DNA from: Prorocentrum cordatum
Taxonomy: Eukaryota
Assembly: GCA_963575745.1 (NCBI GenBank)
Contig: CAUYUJ010000254.1
Span: 62,001-116,263, forward strand
Length of the DNA: 54,263 bases
Reading direction: 5' to 3'
The notes below the pieces were generated by a model, which was given only the letters and a program-made list of their open reading frames with translations, had not been told where the DNA came from and made no database searches. The position numbers were made by a program, and so were the translations under genes. Shown piece by piece: positions 49,501-54,263 of this stretch. The first letter of the stretch is position 1. Each line of letters opens with the position of its first letter.

Positions 49501-50007
49501 ACCCGCCCCCAGGAGGCCAACATGTGGTAACATTACTGATTTTGGCTCTTCTCGCCGAGGCCCAAAAAGATGCTCTGACACCTCGCGCCCCCCCCTCCAG
49601 ACCCAGGCGGAGGAGGTAGGGGGAGGGGTAAACCCATCCCTGAAGGGGAAGAAGGGGGTTCGAAGAGGAAACTCCTTAAACCACTCACGCCCTAAAGGGT
49701 AGGTGGGATTTGGCATCCTGGGTGTCTTCTTGGGGGGCTCCGTGGCCACATTGACCTGTCTTGAAGCGGTTTTGGAGCCCCTTGGAGCATTTTGGAACCC
49801 ATCTTGAGCCATTTCGGGATATCTTGAACCATCTTGGAAGCCATCTTGGGATCTCTGAGGCTCTCTTGGGCCATCTTGGACGTTCTGACCGCTGGCGGCC
49901 CCCCCTGTCCAGACCCAGGGGAGGGCCGAGTAGGGGAAGGAGGGTGTCGGAAGAGGGAAACACATTCGTGATACAACCTCCACTCAGAGGGCTGGTAGGC
50001 ATTACGG
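46515..50007 (+). repeat. Complete 3' UTR + intergenic spacer; array period copy 3 to copy 4 = 4688 bp
   Basis: ATG 45404 to ATG 50092. Confidence 0.93.
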
Positions 50008-50029
50008 TCCGTAGCCATTTTGGCTCAAG
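50008..50029 (+). other. Perfect genomic DinoSL, copy 4
   Basis: TCCGTAGCCATTTTGGCTCAAG, 22/22. It is followed by 5' UTR rather than the GT-starting SL-RNA intron. Confidence 0.97.
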
Positions 50030-50091
50030 GGCTTCCCTCCAGGGACACACCTCCCTGCGTCGGCCAGCAGCTCCCCAGCGCCCGCGGCGCC

Positions 50092-51198
50092 ATGTCGCTC
50101 CGCTATGGGAGCTACGGCGGAGGCCTCAGCGGAGGCGCGGGCGGCCTCGGCGGCGCGTGCGGTGCGGGCCGCGGGTATGGCGCCAGCGGCCTGTACGGCG
50201 CGGGCGGCGCGTACGGCGCGGGCGGCGCGCGTGGCGCGGGGGGCGCGGACTGCGGCACGGCGTGCTGCGCAAGCACCACCGCCTGCATGGGCTGCGGCCC
50301 CGGCTGCGGCGTGGCCTGTGCCGAGGGCTCGGGCTGCGGCGGCGGCGGCACGATTCTGAGCTACGTGGGCCCAGGGGGCGACTACGTCCAGGAGACCACG
50401 TACAAGTACGTAGGCATGGGCGCGGGCGAGTTCGGGGCGGTCCGCATCCCTGGGCGCGGCCCGAACTTCTGCCTGATCTGCCTCGTGCCCCTGGGACTGT
50501 CGCTCCTCCTGCTGCCCCTCCTGCTCTTCGCGATGTCGCCAGGCTCGACGACGACCACGACTACTACCACACCCGTGATCATCACGACCACTCCGCCGCC
50601 CGACACCACGACCACGAAGAAGACCACCACCACCAAGAAGACCACGACGGCCCCGCCTCCGCCCCCACCGCCCCCGCCGCCGCCGCCCCCGCCCCCGCCG
50701 CCGCCCCCTCCCCCGCCGCCCACGACCACGGAGAAAAAGATCAACTGCGGCGAGGGCGACGTCGTGTCCTGGGACGTGCCCAAGAAGGTATATTGCTGCC
50801 TGCACGAGGGCAAGGGCTGCCCGACGACCCCGGCCGCTCCCAGCACCATGCCGGCACCGGTGGTGCCGGTAGTGCCAGTGGTGACCACGTCCCCATGCCC
50901 GATTGATTGCAACGCAGGTTACAACGACCTCGACCCGCTGCAGTGGGTCCGCGGCTGGTCCGGCGAGAAGAAGTTGTTCTGCTGCAAGACCGCGAACAAG
51001 GGCTGCCCGTCGGAGCTGCCCCCACCCTCCGGGGCGCCGCCTTCCAACGCACCCCCGGAGCCGGACAACAGCGTGTACGACTGCGACGCGGGCTACCACC
51101 ACTGCATGCATTGTCTCGAGCTGTCGTGGTCCCCCAAGAAGATCGGCTACTGCTGCGAGAACTTCCACAAGGGCTGCAAGGGCGAGGAGCCGGAGTGA
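50092..51198 (+). CDS. Intronless 368-aa Gly/Thr/Pro/Cys-rich single-pass membrane protein, copy 4
   Basis: Intact ORF, one Gly shorter than copy 1, with a few substitutions (Y/C, G/A, M/K, R/K). Confidence 0.9.
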   Translation: MSLRYGSYGGGLSGGAGGLGGACGAGRGYGASGLYGAGGAYGAGGARGAGGADCGTACCASTTACMGCGPGCGVACAEGSGCGGGGTILSYVGPGGDYVQETTYKYVGMGAGEFGAVRIPGRGPNFCLICLVPLGLSLLLLPLLLFAMSPGSTTTTTTTTPVIITTTPPPDTTTTKKTTTTKKTTTAPPPPPPPPPPPPPPPPPPPPPPPTTTEKKINCGEGDVVSWDVPKKVYCCLHEGKGCPTTPAAPSTMPAPVVPVVPVVTTSPCPIDCNAGYNDLDPLQWVRGWSGEKKLFCCKTANKGCPSELPPPSGAPPSNAPPEPDNSVYDCDAGYHHCMHCLELSWSPKKIGYCCENFHKGCKGEEPE

Positions 51199-54100
51199 GA
51201 AGCCCCTCCAGCGCGCCTCCGCCGATCGGGGCCCGGGCGCAGGTGTCCCCTTTCTTTGGTCTGGAGCCCGCCAGGCGGGTTGGCAAAGCTACACCCGCCC
51301 GCGGGCGGCTCCCGCGCCTCTCCTCGCTCCTCCCTGCCTCCCTGCCTCCCTCCCTCCTCACATCACTCGTGGGCAGAAAACAGAACATCCGTATCCACGG
51401 CCTCGCGGGCCGGGCCCACGGGCCGTGACCCCTATGGATACCGGATGTTTTTCCATGGCTCTATATACCGTCTCCCTCCAGCAGAAGGTGCGTCCCACGC
51501 CGGGCGGGTTGGCAAAGCTACACTCGCCGCGGCCCTGCATGCCGTGGGGCTCCCTCGCACGTGCACCGGAGCGGGCATGCTTCCTCGGGCGGCCGCACGG
51601 CCAGCGAGCTGTTCCAACAGAAACGAAGACAAGTCATGTTAGTCGGCGTGGGCCCCGAAGAGTGAGTTATTGCAATGAGGGAGGTGAATCATCTGCTGTG
51701 TAATGTGTGTGTGTGTGTGTGGTGTCAGCTATGTGGTGGAGGCTACGCCGTGTACGCTGTGTGGTGTAATCAGCACAGCTAAGTTGTGAAAGCTATGTGC
51801 TGTTGGCACCTGGTGTGAGCCTATGTTGTGCAAGCTTCGTGGTGTTCAGCGCACGGGGCGCCCACGGAGCGCCCACGAGCGGGCACGGGCGCGAAACCTC
51901 GGGAAACCCACCCAGCGCACGTGGCCCCACGCGCCCGCGAGCGGGCACGGGCGCCCACGAGGCGAAACGTCGTGAAGCCCACCCAGCGAACGGGGCGCCC
52001 ACGAGGCGCCCGCGAGCAGGCATTGAAGGGGGCAGCGTCCGGGGCGATAGGCTCAGGGGGGGGATGCACCGGCCCCCAATGGCCCCATGATCGGCGATAG
52101 GGGGCCTGATAGCCCACCCGGCCCAGGACCGTGCGCATTTGTCATCGGGGGCCTATCGCCGATCCATCGGCGATGTAGTGTCGATTCGACGCCCATGTTT
52201 CCCACCCTGACCTTCCAAACGAGGGATGGCAGCCGCCCTATCAGTAGTGCATCCTTTTTCCGTGTCTTGTCAGGTGAGCTGCAGCGCTTCCCACAGGTCC
52301 GACGCGATGGCCTTCGGGGGATCTTCCGGGGCCTTCCTGGAGGCCTTCGGGGCCTTTGTGGGCCGATCCGGGAGAGCACCGACGAAACATCAGCCAGAGG
52401 CCGAAACATCGGCTCTGGGTGCCGTCTTTAGGCGCCGTTGGGGGCTTTCGGGGCCGTCTTGGAGCCCTTCTGGGCGCGTCATGGGGCACCCTTCGGTCTT
52501 TTTGGGGCTATGTTGACGCTTCAGGAGCTCAGTAGTAGCGAAAGCAAGCGAGAAGTCAAATGATCTCGGCCTCCCAGGGGTATCCTGGGGAGGCTTCGCA
52601 GCCCCTTCGAGGCTTCTTCGCCATGTTGACCCATCTTGTGGGCCATCTTGGGCTGTCTGGGGACCCTGAAGGTATCTTGGGCTCAGGCGGACCTCCTGAC
52701 ACATCAGACCCCCGCTCCAGACCCAGGAAAGAATGTAACCGCAGGCGAACCCCTCCAGTCATCGCCTGGCGAGGGTACCAGCGTGCCCGTCTGTCCGAGT
52801 CGGCCCAAGACGCTCCCAATACGGCCGAGGACGACGAGACAAGACGCGACGAGACAAGTCGAGACGAGACGATACCAGGCAAGACCAGACCAGACGAGAT
52901 GAGCATCAAGGATCGTCGCGCAGGTATTGTTGAGACGTCAGCCAGCTCATGGGCACAGCTCTTGACGCTTCGCGTGCCCCCAACAGCCTGTTGAGCACAT
53001 ATCGCAGACGCCTATGACGAATCACCACCGCCCCCTGCTTTCTGGAAGCGCCTGTGTGACCGAACGTTGTGACCAGAGCTCGGCCACGCTACCGGACTTT
53101 GTCCCCCCCCAGCCGTTGTGGGAACCCTTCGGGGAACACAGGGGGTAGGAAGAAGACGAGGACCAAAGGGAGGAAAAAGGAGAAGGAGGAGGACCACTGT
53201 TAACCCAAGACGGACCAGGTGGAGGAAGAAGAGGAAGACCAGGGTGACCAGTTTACACCCAAGACGCATCACAGATGTTGCAATGAACCCTCCCTCCAAG
53301 TCCCCTCTTCGTATGTCCTTACAAGAATTTGTTTACACTGCTGGAAGGGCCCCGTTGGAAGTCAACCGTCTTGGAGTCCTCGACCGTGCAGAAACAAAAC
53401 CATGTCGGAACACCATTCTGCGGGACGTCAACCATGATAATCCGTTACGTGGTTGTGAACTTTTGAGACGAATGTGCGCGGCGCTAAGGCGAGAGCCATA
53501 TTTTGAACAGGAGCCGCCCTCAATCCGATAAACTCTTGCACACTTTTGAGAACAATATGCGCGCGCCACATTTTGGAAACCATCCGCCTTCCATCCGTGA
53601 AACGCTTGCGACTTTTCAAGACGACTGTGCGCGGCGTTACGGCGAGATCCATTATGAAAAGACGGCCCAGCGTCCATCTGTTAGAATCTCGCAAACTTTT
53701 GAGACGGATGTGCGCGGTGCTAGGGCGAGAGTCACATGTTGAAAACCACCCGCTTCCCTCCTGGTGAAACTCTTGAATGTGCGCGGTGCTAAGGCGAGAA
53801 CCATATGTTGAAAGCCACCCGCCCTCCATGCGTGAAACGCATGCGCACTTTGAAGACGAATGTGCGCGGTGGTAAGGCGAGGACAACATATTGAAAAGGA
53901 GCCGCCCTCCATCCGTGAAGCTCTTGCATTTGTTATGACACATGTGCGCGGCGCTAAGGCGAGAACCACATTTTGGAAGCGACCCACCCTTCATCTGTGA
54001 ACATCTTGCCAGTTCATAAGCTTCAGGATCGAAGCGTGGCAAGGAGGTCATCGGCGAAACGTCAGGGCCGCCCTTCCGACTGGCCTCGGGGTGCGGCAGG

Positions 54101-54263
54101 GAGGAGTTATGCATAAGAAAAACGAATGGAGGAGGAGTATGTAGAGTGGGAGGGGGAGGAGGGAGGAGGACGGAGGAGGAGTAGGCGGATGAGGGGGTTG
54201 AGGAACATGAGGAGGAGCAAGATAAGGAGGAGGAAGAGAAGGAGGAGGAAGAGGAGGAGAAAC
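51199..54263 (+). repeat. 3' UTR + intergenic spacer of unit 4, running off the window end
   Basis: Colinear with 46515-49050, plus an extra 417 bp at 51918-52334. Confidence 0.93.

Noticed and set aside
50008..50060. SL RNA gene
   Set aside because: The SL is followed by GGCTTCC and a 5' UTR/CDS, not by a GT donor and SL intron, so it is a retrocopy relict.
1..54263. Autonomous Rep/helicase or transposase gene for the proposed elements; tRNA/rRNA genes
   Set aside because: No HUH, Walker A helicase or DDE motifs, and no tRNA/rRNA signatures, were recognised in the window. The Helentron assignment rests on end architecture only.

Overview
Eukaryotic, GC-rich, repeat-dominated DNA from a dinoflagellate. 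The diagnostic is a perfect 22-nt DinoSL spliced-leader sequence at 50008-50029; a Prorocentrum-like genus is an inference from GC content and repeat style. Bases 1-31 kb contain no credible protein gene. They are a mosaic of tandem arrays (about 64, 101, 73, 152 and 42 bp units), long microsatellites and dispersed repeats. Several arrays sit inside one shared frame: [mini-hairpin + CCGCC... sub-terminal inverted repeat] - tandem-repeat cargo - [CACGCC/CAGCC-hairpin-...GGCGG-AT]. This architecture matches non-autonomous Helentron/DINE-type rolling-circle elements, and homologous ends carry different satellite cargo. Bases 31-54 kb are a + strand tandem array of four intronless copies of a ~369-aa single-pass membrane protein gene (Gly/Tyr-rich N-terminus, TM helix, Thr/Pro stalk, three C-x(n)-W-x3-K-x3-CC-x5-GC modules). 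Two copies are intact, one is frameshifted and one is truncated. Each copy is preceded by a genomic DinoSL relict, which marks a retrogene origin, and by an element-end-like motif. A decayed non-LTR reverse transcriptase lies inside the array. There are two 100-N assembly gaps. Most ORFs in the supplied track are artefacts of repeats. Repeat boundaries were read by eye and are approximate.
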